Assembly: GCA_963847705.1 (NCBI GenBank)
Contig: CAWKBC010000014.1
Span: 264,847-328,846 of the forward strand
Direction: 5' to 3'
Source of the DNA: an uncultured Pseudomonadota bacterium
Lineage (GTDB): Bacteria > Myxococcota_A > Polyangia > Fen-1088
DNA length: 64,000 bases
How positions within the stretch are numbered: the first letter of the stretch is position 1; the number at the start of each line of letters is the position of its first letter. A program made the translations under genes and the position numbers. The notes beneath the pieces were generated by a model. It was not told where the DNA came from, did not search any database, and saw only the letters and a list, made by a program, of their open reading frames with translations. Below are positions 9,855 to 20,281 of this stretch, piece by piece.

Positions 9855-11369
9855 GTGAGCACTCAGGATTGGATCAACCTCATCGCCTGCGTGGGCGAGC
9901 TGGCGGTGGCCGCACTGGTCGCCTTGCGGGCCCTGGCGGGCCCTCTGGCCATGCCGTTGATGTTCGTGAGCGTGGACTTCTTCGTCTGGAACTTCGCGCA
10001 GCTCGCCTACCATCGCACCGGCATCGTCGACTGGCACCTCCTCGACATGGTGGCCTCGCCGATCGCGCTCGCGTTGGCGTTCGATTTTTTGTTGCGGTTC
10101 ACCGGCCGCGCACGACAGTTTCGCTGGCCGACGCGCGCCGTCTACGCCTATTACGGGGCGCTGTCGGCAATCGCGGCGCTGGGGTGGTTCACGGCGATCG
10201 GCCGCCGCATCGCGCTCTCCGCGGTCTGGAGCTGGGCCTGGTTGGAGGGGCTGGGGCCCATTTCGGTGTTCATCTTGATCCTGCTCTTCATTCATCTCCG
10301 CCGGGTCGGCACCGTCGAGGAACGCAGCCGAACCCGGCTGCTCTTGGTCGCGGTGTTCGTCGTCTCGCCCCTGGCATCGACCGAGGTGTGGGCCGATCTC
10401 GGCTTCCCGGTCCCCCGCCTGGGCGCCGTCGGCATTCTGTCCTGGACGGCGATCCTGATGATCGCGGCGCTCCGCTTCCGGCTCTTCGATCGCGCGCTCA
10501 CCCCCTCGACCGTCCTCTCGGCCACGGTGCTGGCCAGCGTGGGGGGGATCGCCTATCTCACGGTGTTCCACATCGCGGGAACCAACACGGCCCTCCTGGT
10601 CCTGGGGACGCTGACCGTCACATTGACCTTGCTGGCGGCCACGCGGTTGGTCGTCGGTGCGATCATCGCGCGGCGAGATCACACGGTCCGCCTGGTCACG
10701 CTGGGGAAGATGGCGGCCCAGATGGCCCACGACCTCAAGAACCCGCTGGCGGCGCTCAAGGGAGCCTGCCAGTTCTTGCGCGAGGAACGCGCCCAGGGCC
10801 GCTCGATCGACGATCGCACGGAGTTTCTCGAGCTGCTGGTGTCGCAGATCGATCGGCTGGAAGGCTCCATCGACCGGTACCAACGCCTGCGCGACATGCA
10901 GCCGACGTTGGCGCCGATTCAAGTCAATGACCTGGTCCAGAACCTGGTGGCGTTGCGCGGCGTGAACAGCGGGTCGCACATCATCGTCAAATCGCAGCTG
11001 GCGCGGGATCTCCCCCCGTGCCACGTCGATCGCGACCTGGTTGCCGGCGCGATTGAGAACCTCCTGCAGAATGCGTTCGAGTCGCACCCCCGCGACGCGA
11101 GCGTGACGGTGAGAACCTCGTTGAGCAGCGCGCGCCAGACCAGAGGGATCATGGTCTCCGTCGAGGACAGCGGTGTTGGAATGAGCGCCCGGGTGCGCGA
11201 GCGCGCGCTCGACGACTTCTTCACCACCAAGGAGACCGGCACCGGCCTGGGGCTTCCCTTCGTTCGGCGTGTCGCGGAGGCGCATGGGGGCGAGATCTCG
11301 CTCATCAGCAAGGAGGGCGCGGGAACGACGGTGCGAATCTTCATTCCGCTGGAATCGGTGCGATCATGA
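9855..11369 (+). CDS. Multi-TM sensor histidine kinase
   Basis: Multiple TM helices; AHDLKNPL H-box, NLLQNA, DSGVG, GTGLGL. Confidence 0.95.
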   Translation: MSTQDWINLIACVGELAVAALVALRALAGPLAMPLMFVSVDFFVWNFAQLAYHRTGIVDWHLLDMVASPIALALAFDFLLRFTGRARQFRWPTRAVYAYYGALSAIAALGWFTAIGRRIALSAVWSWAWLEGLGPISVFILILLFIHLRRVGTVEERSRTRLLLVAVFVVSPLASTEVWADLGFPVPRLGAVGILSWTAILMIAALRFRLFDRALTPSTVLSATVLASVGGIAYLTVFHIAGTNTALLVLGTLTVTLTLLAATRLVVGAIIARRDHTVRLVTLGKMAAQMAHDLKNPLAALKGACQFLREERAQGRSIDDRTEFLELLVSQIDRLEGSIDRYQRLRDMQPTLAPIQVNDLVQNLVALRGVNSGSHIIVKSQLARDLPPCHVDRDLVAGAIENLLQNAFESHPRDASVTVRTSLSSARQTRGIMVSVEDSGVGMSARVRERALDDFFTTKETGTGLGLPFVRRVAEAHGGEISLISKEGAGTTVRIFIPLESVRS

Positions 11370-12706
11370 GCGAACCCAACGGAAACGTGCTGATCGTCGA
11401 CGATGACCCCGATGTCGGGAAGGTCATCGAGGCGCTGCTGGTGCAGGCGGGGATCTCTTGCCGCTGGGTCCCGGACGCGGAGAGCGCCCTTGCCGTCTTG
11501 CGCGAGCGGCCCATGGACGTCGTCCTCACGGATCTGCGCATGCCTGGCGCGAGCGGCCTCGATCTCCTGGAGGAGATCGTTGAACGCTGGCCGGAGATCC
11601 CGGTGGTCCTCTTGACCGCGCACGCCACCCTCGAGGTGGCCGTCGAAGCCTCGGTCAAGGGCGCGGCGGACTTCCTGCGTAAGCCGTTCGACCGGGAGGA
11701 GGTCCTGTTCACGGTCCGCAAGCAGCTCGGTGTCTCGCGGTACGCAACCCATCACCCCACCCACGGCGTCAAGAACGACCCCACCGAGAGCGCGTCGCCC
11801 AAGATGCGCGAGGTCGAGGATATGATCCGGCGGGCGGCGGCCGGCAATTTCACCGTCATCTTGCGCGGGGAGAACGGGACCGGGAAGGACGTGGCGGCGC
11901 AAGCCATCCACCGAAGAGGGCCCCGGCAGGCGGAGCCGTTCGTCCGCGTCCACTGCGCCGCTTTCCCGGAGACCTTGATCGAGAGCGAGCTCTTCGGTTA
12001 CGAGCGCGGCGCCTTCAACGGCGCCGCCTCGCGCCGGTTCGGGCGGGTGGAGATCGCCGGCCGCGGGACCCTGTTCCTCGACGAGATCGGCGACGTCTCG
12101 CTGCCGGTGCAGGTCAAGCTCCTGCGGCTCTTGCAGGAGCGGGAGTTTGAACGTCTGGGGAGCAGCCAGACCTTGAAGACGCCCGCCCGGTTCATCGCGG
12201 CGACGCATCAGCCGCTCGAAGAGTTGATCGAGCGCGGGAAGTTTCGGGAGGACCTCTTCTTCCGGCTCAAGGTCCTGGAGATCTGGATCCCCCCGCTGCG
12301 CGAGCGTCCCGAGGACGTGGAAGCGCTGGCGCATCGTTTCTGCACGGAGTCGGCCCACAACAACGGGCGGGGCGAGATGGAGATCTCGGCGCCGGCGATC
12401 GCCCTTCTGAGGAATCAGCCCTGGCCGGGAAATGTCCGCGAGCTGCAACACTGCATCGAACGGATGGTGATCCTGTCCGACGGTGACCGGCTCACCGTGG
12501 CGGACGTCGAGCGGCAGCTCGCCCCCACGCCGTCGGCGCGGGCGAGCAGGCCGGACACGCTCCGAGGCAGCGTGGACGGGTTCGAGATGGAGCTGATCCG
12601 GAAGGTGCTGCTCGAGGAGGACGGCAACAAGACCAAGGCCGCCGCCCGCCTCAAGATCAGCCGGCGCACGCTCTACAACCGGCTCGCCGAGTACGGGCTC
12701 CTCTGA
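11366..12706 (+). CDS. sigma54-dependent response regulator (REC-AAA+-Fis HTH)
   Basis: DLRMPG receiver; GENGTGKD; [15 protein letters not shown]; WPGNVREL; Fis HTH. Confidence 0.95.
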   Translation: MSEPNGNVLIVDDDPDVGKVIEALLVQAGISCRWVPDAESALAVLRERPMDVVLTDLRMPGASGLDLLEEIVERWPEIPVVLLTAHATLEVAVEASVKGAADFLRKPFDREEVLFTVRKQLGVSRYATHHPTHGVKNDPTESASPKMREVEDMIRRAAAGNFTVILRGENGTGKDVAAQAIHRRGPRQAEPFVRVHCAAFPETLIESELFGYERGAFNGAASRRFGRVEIAGRGTLFLDEIGDVSLPVQVKLLRLLQEREFERLGSSQTLKTPARFIAATHQPLEELIERGKFREDLFFRLKVLEIWIPPLRERPEDVEALAHRFCTESAHNNGRGEMEISAPAIALLRNQPWPGNVRELQHCIERMVILSDGDRLTVADVERQLAPTPSARASRPDTLRGSVDGFEMELIRKVLLEEDGNKTKAAARLKISRRTLYNRLAEYGLL

Positions 12707-12777
12707 CCGTCCCGTCGCGCTGACGATTCTGGCCCTGCTGCCCCAGGTCGACGACAGGCCGGCCACCGCGGTCGTGG

Positions 12778-13690
12778 TCAAGGCTCCGGATCGCGCTCAG
12801 CCGCCTCCAGCGCGGCCGACGCCTCCGCCAGGGCGGCGCGCGTGCTCTCGAGGCGCCGCGCGGCCTCCTTGAGAGCACGCGTGGCCGCCTCGACCTCCCG
12901 TTCGTCCCGCGCCCGCGCCACCTGCGCCGTCTCGACCCGCTCTCGAAGGTTCTCGAATCCGTCGCTTCCGGAAGGCCCGGGCCTCATCCCGCGCGCGCGC
13001 CTCATCCCGTGCGCGCGCCTCATCATCCCGTGCGCGCGCCTCGTCCCGCGCGCGCACCTCATCCTGTGCGCGCGCCTGGTCCCGCGTGCGCGAGGCTTCA
13101 TGTACCCGCGCCGCCTGGTTGTCCGCGGGGGCGTCGGGCTGGACGCCCTTCACGGCTTGCGTCGGAGCCGGCGTCCTCGGGCCGGCCGGCAGCTCGGGCG
13201 TTCCGGCAAACGGGTTCAGCGCGCTGTCGTCGGCCACGTCGCGCACGAGGCGGCCGCTCTCGATGAGGGGGCGGCTCTCCGGGCTCGAGATCCCGGCCCG
13301 CAGGTCATGCACCACCTGGGTGAGCAGCTCCGGTGTGGGGCGGAACCCAGACGCGTTCAGGATCTCCTCCGCTTTGAGCCGCAACGCCTTCAAGCTCTCA
13401 CGATGCGCCGCCAGCACCTCGGCGTAGCGCGGCGCCCCGCCCCGGTTCCCCCCCTGCAGGCCGGCCGTGGCCTCGGCGAGGCGTCCCACCAGGGCCGGCG
13501 CCTGGCGGGCAATCTGGTTGACCGCCCAGACGGAGAGCGTCGGGCGGGGAAGCTTCTCGACGGTCGCGGCGTCGTCGCGACGTCCGGACGCCTTCAGCTT
13601 CTTGACGATCGCCTTCCGTTCCCCGACGAAGTCGGCCGGTCGGACCGAGAAGAGCCGGCCGATGTCGTCTTCGGTCTCGAGGGTCGTCAC
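12778..13690 (-). pseudogene. Conserved hypothetical coiled-coil protein with frameshift near 12957 (possibly sequencing error)
   Basis: N-terminus LPRPTLSVWAVNQIAR; coiled-coil tail ENLRERVETAQ... continues in another frame. Confidence 0.6.
12981..13095. repeat. Imperfect ~18-bp coding tandem repeat (ARARDE)
   Basis: Repeated gcgcgcgcctcatccc-type units. Confidence 0.8.
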
Positions 13691-13700
13691 GCGTCGAAGG

Positions 13701-13967
13701 TTACTTCGCCTTCAACTCCCCGGTCACCTCGCCGCCTCTTCCCGCCGAGCTCCAACGGTGCCCGGTCAGCGAGCTGGCTCGGGAGCCTGCGTACTTCGCC
13801 GCTTCGACCCACCAGAGAGCTTGTAGCTCGCGCAACTTTTCGGGATTCGCCTCTGCCAAATCGTTGGCCGGTGAGAAGTCCGAGTCGACGTTGCAGCGCT
13901 CCCAGGCGGCCCTGTTGGGATCGAATCTCTGTGCGGGAACCGACCCCCACTCGGAAGTTTTCGCCAT
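13701..13967 (-). pseudogene. Arylsulfatase C-terminal fragment
   Basis: WERCNVDSDFSPANDLAEANPEKLRELQALWWVEAAKY resembles the sulfatase C-terminus; no catalytic N-terminus. Confidence 0.6.
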
Positions 13968-14106
13968 CTCAGCCTCCCCTTCCCCCCGGCGGGCGTGTCT
14001 CCCGCGCGCCCTTTCCGCAAAGTGGATCGAGGTTCGAGGACCGCAATGCGGGCGCGGCGTTCTCAGAGCCTGACCTATCGCGCGGGGTGCCCCCATGGCA
14101 GGCCCG

Positions 14107-14562
14107 CTAAGGCCCCGAGCCCCTGGCGACGCAGTCGACCTCCAGCGTCGCGTTTGCGGTGCAGGGGATGGGCCGGCGACTGTCGGCGATGGAGAGGGTC
14201 AGGGTCTGCCTTCCGGCCGTCGTACAGAGGTAGCTCGTCGCCGCCGAGCTGGGATTCGCGAAGCGGGCGGCCGGCGACCAGCTGAAGCTGACCGTTTCGC
14301 CGCGGTCTGGATCGAACGCCGTCGCGCTGACGCCGATCGTCCCTCCGACGGAGGTCTGCCTGGGGGCGGCAACCGCCGAGGCGATGCTGGGACATCTGTC
14401 GGCGGCGCCGAAGTCGAGGGCGACGTCGACCTCGCCGGTCTCGGCCATGCGATCTCCGCAACCGAGCAGCAGGAGGCTCGACACCGCGATCGCCAGGGCG
14501 CGCACGAATTGACGCTTCGCAAGGATCGCGCCACCGCGCGGGAGGTGACAGGCCGCGAACAT
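14107..14562 (-). CDS. Small lipoprotein with PKD/Ig-like domain
   Basis: LLGC lipobox; ATAFDPDRGETVSFSWS; start uncertain. Confidence 0.65.
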   Translation of the reverse strand: MFAACHLPRGGAILAKRQFVRALAIAVSSLLLLGCGDRMAETGEVDVALDFGAADRCPSIASAVAAPRQTSVGGTIGVSATAFDPDRGETVSFSWSPAARFANPSSAATSYLCTTAGRQTLTLSIADSRRPIPCTANATLEVDCVARGSGP

Positions 14563-14755
14563 GAGCCGGCCGGCTTGCGTTCGATGACCGATTGTCAGAA
14601 AGCCGCCGCCGATTTTCGGTCAACCGTCCCCGGAGCTCCCGTCGACCTTCGCGGTCAAAGCTTGCCGCCCTTGGCGTCCGGCGTGGCGATCTTCGTTCCG
14701 ACGGCGGCGGTCAATCCGACGGGCGATCGGTGACCGGCCATCTTCGTCGTCCGCC

Positions 14756-15433
14756 TCAGAACCAGGCCTGCCAGCGCCCGTCGGCGAAGACGAGGTGCGC
14801 GGTGATCGACAGCCGATCGCGCTCTCCGATGAACGGTTGGATTTGATGCAGCCGGTAGCTGTCGATGACGACCAGATCGCCTGCCGCGTACTCGACGACG
14901 GCGCTGGGTGCCTGCGCCGCCGCAGCAGCCACGTCGTCGTCTCCTTCCCAGAGGGCGTCCCAGAGGCGCAACCCGCCGCCCCGCAGCGGCGGCTGCAGCA
15001 TGACGATGGCGCTCAGGGCCGGCCGGCGTGCCGCCAGCTCCTCCTCGCACAGTCCCTCGGTGTCGAAATGGACGTCGCCGCCGTTCTCGGAGAGCCATTC
15101 ACCGGCCGGGAAGATGTGGACGCCCGGCCCGCAAAAGCCCGGCCGCGGCGCGACCGGCGCACCGGCGACCTCCGCCAGGATGGTCCGCATGCGCGCTTGA
15201 AGGTCGGGGAGCGCGCGCTCCACCAGCGCATCGGACTCCAGCGCGGTGGCGAAGTATTCGGCTGCCCGATCCTCTTCCAGGTAGGTGTAATAGGCGTGAC
15301 CGAGCGTGAACTGGACGCCCTCGAAGCAGGGGGTCCAGTCGGCGCGCGCCGCGTACACCTCCTGGACCCAGCGCTCGCACTCCGCGCGCGTCAGGACGCC
15401 GCTTTGATGATGAAACCATTCAGCAGGCGCCAT
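14756..15433 (-). CDS. Putative Fe(II)/2-oxoglutarate oxygenase
   Basis: HFD, GGGLRLW, YAAGDLVVIDSYRLHQI, RLSIT: HxD...H...RxS facial-triad pattern. Confidence 0.75.
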   Translation of the reverse strand: MAPAEWFHHQSGVLTRAECERWVQEVYAARADWTPCFEGVQFTLGHAYYTYLEEDRAAEYFATALESDALVERALPDLQARMRTILAEVAGAPVAPRPGFCGPGVHIFPAGEWLSENGGDVHFDTEGLCEEELAARRPALSAIVMLQPPLRGGGLRLWDALWEGDDDVAAAAAQAPSAVVEYAAGDLVVIDSYRLHQIQPFIGERDRLSITAHLVFADGRWQAWF

Positions 15434-16232
15434 CGAGCCCTCGCTGCAACTGCGCCAGGAACCGCGGATCGAACACCCCGTCGACGCGGATCGAGTACCG
15501 AAAGAACGGATCGGCGGCCACCCCGTGATAGTTGCGATCGTCGAACCAATACGCGCGCCCCTCCACCGGCAGGGCTCTCCGCTCGTCCTCGTCCCACAAG
15601 AAGAGACGCTTGTCGGCGCGCGGGCAGAGCGTGATGAAGTGACCGGCCTGCGCCTCGTCTTCGCCGTCGCGGTGAATGGTCCCATGATCGTTCGACTGTA
15701 GGCCGAGCAGGTTGCAGCGACCGAGGCGCACGAACGGCAACCGTTCGATGAACGCGACCGTGCGCGGGAAGACCAGGCGGGCCTCCTCGGTGAAGGCCTT
15801 TCCGTCGCCGTCGGCCCGCTCCTCCCAGGCGAGGTTGGGAATCAGCTCGTAATAGACCTTCCACGGGAAGTAAACGCCATGGCGGTATTCGAGGTACAGC
15901 ATCTGCCGGCGGCTGAGCGGCCAGGGGCGCTCCTCCCCGAACTCGTACTGGTCCCGCCGATCGAGATCGAAGGCGGCGGACGTGTCGGAGAGGGCAACGA
16001 ACCGGGCGAACTCCGAACGGGTCATCCGGGCGATGACCTGGCCGTAGTCGAGGTAGGGATCGTTGGCCGACGAGCGGGGGACGATCCCCATCGACTTGTG
16101 GCTGCCGCCGGTGTAGCCGACCGCGACCTCGGTGAGGCCGAGCGAGATCTCGTCGTCGAGCGCGGCCAGCTCCTCGAGATCGACGTAGGGCTCGAGGTTG
16201 ACGAAGGGGCGGCCGAGGATTCCGCGAATCAT
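15420..16232 (-). CDS. Putative Fe(II)/2OG oxygenase (aspartyl beta-hydroxylase-like DSBH fold)
   Basis: GTIHRD, AYWFDDRNYHGV, RYSIRVDG. Confidence 0.65.
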   Translation of the reverse strand: MIRGILGRPFVNLEPYVDLEELAALDDEISLGLTEVAVGYTGGSHKSMGIVPRSSANDPYLDYGQVIARMTRSEFARFVALSDTSAAFDLDRRDQYEFGEERPWPLSRRQMLYLEYRHGVYFPWKVYYELIPNLAWEERADGDGKAFTEEARLVFPRTVAFIERLPFVRLGRCNLLGLQSNDHGTIHRDGEDEAQAGHFITLCPRADKRLFLWDEDERRALPVEGRAYWFDDRNYHGVAADPFFRYSIRVDGVFDPRFLAQLQRGLDGAC

Positions 16233-16239
16233 CGCCGCC

Positions 16240-17506
16240 TCACCCGCCAAAACCGCCATGCGCGCGACCCAGCGAGCCGCTGCGCCCGAAGCCGCTGGAA
16301 ACCGGGTGCCAGCCACCCGGACTGCGGGGACCTGTGGCCATGGGCAAGATCGCCCGCGGACGGGGATGAAACTGGCATCTCGGTGCGAGCCGCGGCGGGA
16401 TGACGGGGGCCCAGTGCCCGCCGCTCGCCAGGGGCGAAGGAGATCGCCATCCGTACCACCAGGGGAAGCAGCCTTGCGATCCGGGCGAGCCGCCGAAGTA
16501 GTACAGCGGCTGAGGTCCGAAGGAGAGCGGAGCCGGCGAGCAGCCGGGGACCGGTTGCGAGGGCCAGCCGGGCAGCGGCGTCTGTGAGAAGTCGGAGAGC
16601 GCCAGCATCTTCACGTCGATCCCACCCTCGTCGAGCGCGACCAGATCGCCGTTGAGGTCGTCGGCGTCCAGCGAGACCTCGTCGGGCGTCACGTAGAGCA
16701 GCCGGCGGAATCCCGGCTGCCTGGAGGGCCTCGCGCGACGGCAAGCCGGCGAAGTAACGGTTGTCGAACCGCCCGGCGTCATCGGTGTAGGGCGCCAACC
16801 GCTGCCGATCGAGGACGAACAGCGGCGCGGCGCTGGCCGAGCGGGTCGGCCGTGCGCGCTCGAACGACGGCAGGAAGTAGAGCGCCGCGCCGAGGGTCAG
16901 GTGCGCAGGGACGACCCCGTCGGGGTGCGGCCAGTTGTCGAGGACGAAGATCGGGTCGAAGCAGGGCGCGAGCGCCGCCGCCAGCGCCACGGCTTCCGGC
17001 CCCGCGACGTCCAGCACGACGGCGACATCGTTCCGGCAGACGCCGTTGTCGAGGAACAGCGAGAGCAGCGCCCCGCCGCGGCGCCAGGCGACGGCCATCT
17101 CGGAGGTGTAGATGGGGCTGATGGCCGCCCGCAGATCGGCGCTGCGCGGCGCTTCCAGCGACTGAAACAGGGTGGGGACGTAGTAGGGGGCCCAGCGCGG
17201 CTCGGCCGGCGAAAGCCGAGGCGTCAACGTCGACAGAGCCTCGCGCCATCCCAGCCCGCCGCTGACGTCCCGGGGCTGCGCGCCCGGGAAGGCCAGCGGT
17301 CGCCCCTCGTCCCCCACGTTCCAGCCGTCCTGCTGCTGCGCCTCGAGCGCGGCCTGCGTCCGGTCCGGCTCGGTTTCGGAGAGGATATCGGCGCACCCGC
17401 TCACCGTGAGGCCCGCGCCGGTCCAGATGAGCGGCGCCGACCAGCCGCTCAAGAGGCGCGCCAGCGGGCGCGCGCGCAGGGAGGCGCGCCACCAGGAGGT
17501 ACTCAT
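16240..17506 (-). CDS. Lipoprotein of unknown function ending GRSGSLGRAHGGFGG; one-base frameshift near 16710
   Basis: VSGC lipobox; ATGA overlap with the ligase gene; frames join at ...QAAGI/RRLLYV... Confidence 0.7.
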
Positions 17507-18759
17507 GACCTCCTCACGATCGTCGGCGCGCAGGTGGCGCGCCGATCCGTGCCGCCCGATTGCAGGCGGGTGAAGAGCCCGGCGGCGCGACCGCCCACCA
17601 GGTAGACCCCGTAGTTGATCGATTGCCCGGCGCGGTCTCGGAGGGGTTGAAACCGACGTTGCGCGATCCAGCGGGTCGGCAGCGCATCCGCGAGCGCGTC
17701 GGCCCAGGCGGCGGGCGTCGTCTCGGCGCCGATCACCACCTCTTCGCCTTCGCAGCCGTAGTCGGATTTGAGGACCCAGAGCGGCTGCTCCGCGCGCAGG
17801 CGGGGCGCCGCCAGCGCTTCCAGCCGCGACGTGAAGGGGAGGTAGCGGCGAACGATCCGGCGCGCCGGTTCCGAGAAGCGCGCGAGCTCCTCCCAGAGCA
17901 ACGCCATCATTCGCTTGTTCTGGGTCAACACGGCGCCGAACGGATTCACCACCACGCAGCGGCCGCGCGCGATCGCGCCCGCCAGCAGGTCGAGCGGCTC
18001 CGAGAGCGGGGCAGCGTCGCTGTAGGGCGACTCGGAGCGCCAGATCGTGCGCCGCTCGCCCCACCAGTCCGTCTTGTAGTGGCGCCAGATGACGGAGCAG
18101 GAGACCCCGAACAGCGCGACGCCTCCCTGTCCATCCGGGCGCAGATTGAACGGCGATCCCAGGACGACGCGCGCGCCACGCGACTCGAACCACCGCGCGT
18201 ACAGCGAGATGACCGAGAGATCGTCGGTCATCTCCGTCGGATAGACGATGCCGATGGTCAGCGGGGCCCCCGCGGGCAGGAGCGCGCGCACCATGGCGAA
18301 GACGCGGTCGCCGAGGCGGCAGTTCGGATCGTCGAAGCCGGAGGCGCCGGCGCCGTCGACCACCCGATTGAGCGCCACCGCTTCGGGCTCGCCGCTCGGC
18401 GTATCGGAGTTGAGCTCGCAGGCCTGCGGGCCCGCGGCGGTCAGGAAGATGTCGGCCCGCGCGATCCCGTGCCAGTGCGGCGCGCTCATCCGCCACATGA
18501 GCTCGTAGCTCGGAGGGAGATCGAAGAAACGGGCGACCAGGGAGGGATCCTGGACACAGAGCGACGCTGCCTCCGCGTGGATCGCGGCGATCCCTTCCGC
18601 GGCGGCGTAGAGCTCGCGCTCGGTCGCGCAGTCGATCGCGATGGGCGTCATTTGAAACCTTGGCGCGCCGTCGATCCAGGGATCACTCAGGATCCCTTCG
18701 GCGAGGAGATCGGCGGCGAAGTCGCCGTACGACGTGAGGAGCCGGGGGCTGGTCCGCAT
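17503..18759 (-). CDS. Glutathionylspermidine-synthase-family ATP-grasp ligase (YgiC-like)
   Basis: ARADIF, CELNSDTPSG, VLTQNKRMMALLWE, WVLKSDYGCEGEEV, IAQRRF, GVYLVGGRAAG. Confidence 0.85.
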   Translation of the reverse strand: MRTSPRLLTSYGDFAADLLAEGILSDPWIDGAPRFQMTPIAIDCATERELYAAAEGIAAIHAEAASLCVQDPSLVARFFDLPPSYELMWRMSAPHWHGIARADIFLTAAGPQACELNSDTPSGEPEAVALNRVVDGAGASGFDDPNCRLGDRVFAMVRALLPAGAPLTIGIVYPTEMTDDLSVISLYARWFESRGARVVLGSPFNLRPDGQGGVALFGVSCSVIWRHYKTDWWGERRTIWRSESPYSDAAPLSEPLDLLAGAIARGRCVVVNPFGAVLTQNKRMMALLWEELARFSEPARRIVRRYLPFTSRLEALAAPRLRAEQPLWVLKSDYGCEGEEVVIGAETTPAAWADALADALPTRWIAQRRFQPLRDRAGQSINYGVYLVGGRAAGLFTRLQSGGTDRRATCAPTIVRRS

Positions 18760-18773
18760 GCTCGGCCTACTAC

Positions 18774-18788
18774 GCAATCGGCGCGCCA
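18774..18788 (-). promoter_or_regulatory. sigma54 promoter of the ligase operon
   Basis: Minus strand TGGCGCG-CCGA-TTGC immediately upstream of ATG 18759. Confidence 0.75.
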
Positions 18789-18829
18789 GAGCTGAGCCCG
18801 AAGGAGAGGGACTTCGCCCGGCGAAGCCC

Positions 18830-18861
18830 GGGGCGAAACGCCCCGCGGGGCAAAGTGCCTC
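18830..18861. promoter_or_regulatory. Tandem palindromic enhancer (UAS 1)
   Basis: GGGGC-N5-GCCCC-GC-GGGGC-N5-GCCTC. Confidence 0.65.
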
Positions 18862-18874
18862 CTTCTGCGGCTCG

Positions 18875-20281
18875 CTATTCTTCGCGAATGCCGTACCGCT
18901 CGAGCTTGCGGTAAAGCGTCTTGCGATCGAGCCCCAGGACCTCCGCCGCCCGCGTGCGGTGGCCGTGCACCGCCTCGAGGACACGGAGGATGTACCGCCG
19001 CTCCATCTCTTCCAGCGGTGGCAGCTGTCCAGGATCATCGAGGTCGACGATCAGCCGCGAGCGCCGGTAGTCCTGGATCGACTCGGGGAGATCGGCGACG
19101 GTGATTTCCTCGAACCTGGTCAGCGCCACCGCCCGCTCGATGCAGTTGCGAAGCTCTCGAACGTTCCCCGGCCAGGCGTACGCCAACAGCTTCTCGGCGG
19201 CGGGCGTGGCAATTCCGCTCACGCTCTTCCCGGTCGCCGCGGCGATCTGCTCGACCAGCCGCTGCGCCAGCAGGAGGACGTCGTCGCCCCGCGCGCGCAG
19301 CGGGGGCAGCTCGATGCGGATCACGTTGATCCGATAGTAGAGGTCCGACCGGAAGCGCCCACTTTCGATCTCCGCTTCGAGATCGCGGTTGGTGGCGCAG
19401 ACGATCCGCGCGTCGAACGCGCGTTCGTCGTCGCCGCCCACCGGACGGACGCGACGCTCCTCGAGGGCGCGCAGGAGCTTGGCCTGCAGGCCGGCCGGCG
19501 CCTCGCCGATCTCGTCGAGAAACAGTGTTCCGCCACTGGCCTTCACCAGGAGTCCGGCCCGGCTGGAGCGCGCGTCGGTGAACGATCCGCGCGCGTGGCC
19601 AAACAGCTCGCTTTCCAGCAGCGACTCCGGCAACGCGCCGCAGTTGATCGCCACGAACGGGCCGCTCGCACGCCGTCCCTTGTCATGCAGCGCCCGCGCG
19701 ACGAGCTCCTTGCCGGTCCCGCTCTCGCCCGTCACCAGGATCGAGGCGTCGGTGGCGGCGGCGCGCAGAACCGTATCGTACATGCGCAGCATGGCCGGGC
19801 TGCCGCCGTGGAGCGCCGTCCCGGCGAGCCGGGTGGCGGTTGCATCCGCTCCATCTCCTCCGGCCGCACGCCGCAAGCGCCGGACCTCGGCCTGCAGCCG
19901 TCGATAGCCGACCGCGCGCCCGAGCGACAGACCGATCGCCTCGATCTCGAACGGCTTGGTCACGAAGTCGTAGGCCCCCGAGCGGATGGCTGCCACGGCC
20001 GTCTCCAGACTGCCGAAGGCTGTGATGACGACGACGGGCGTGTCGGGACGGTTGGCCGACACCCAGCTCGCCACGTCGAGGCCGGACATCCCGGGCATGT
20101 TCAGATCGACGACGATGGCGTCGAAGTCCGTCTCGTCGAGCAGCGCGAGGGCCGCGTCGCCGGAGGTTCGAGAGGTCACCGCGAACCCGCGCTTCGAGAG
20201 GCCCGCTTCCAGGAGCGTACACATCTCGGGCTCGTCGTCGACGACCAGAAGGCGTCCGGCGGTTGGACCGCCCGCGCTCAC
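18875..20281 (-). CDS. sigma54-dependent response regulator
   Basis: Receiver domain; GESGTGKE; ESELFGHARGSFTDA; WPGNVREL; HTH. Confidence 0.95.
   Translation of the reverse strand: MSAGGPTAGRLLVVDDEPEMCTLLEAGLSKRGFAVTSRTSGDAALALLDETDFDAIVVDLNMPGMSGLDVASWVSANRPDTPVVVITAFGSLETAVAAIRSGAYDFVTKPFEIEAIGLSLGRAVGYRRLQAEVRRLRRAAGGDGADATATRLAGTALHGGSPAMLRMYDTVLRAAATDASILVTGESGTGKELVARALHDKGRRASGPFVAINCGALPESLLESELFGHARGSFTDARSSRAGLLVKASGGTLFLDEIGEAPAGLQAKLLRALEERRVRPVGGDDERAFDARIVCATNRDLEAEIESGRFRSDLYYRINVIRIELPPLRARGDDVLLLAQRLVEQIAAATGKSVSGIATPAAEKLLAYAWPGNVRELRNCIERAVALTRFEEITVADLPESIQDYRRSRLIVDLDDPGQLPPLEEMERRYILRVLEAVHGHRTRAAEVLGLDRKTLYRKLERYGIREE

Noticed and set aside
12981-13095. Repeat array as a possible CRISPR
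   Set aside because: No spacers; in-frame coding repeat; no cas genes
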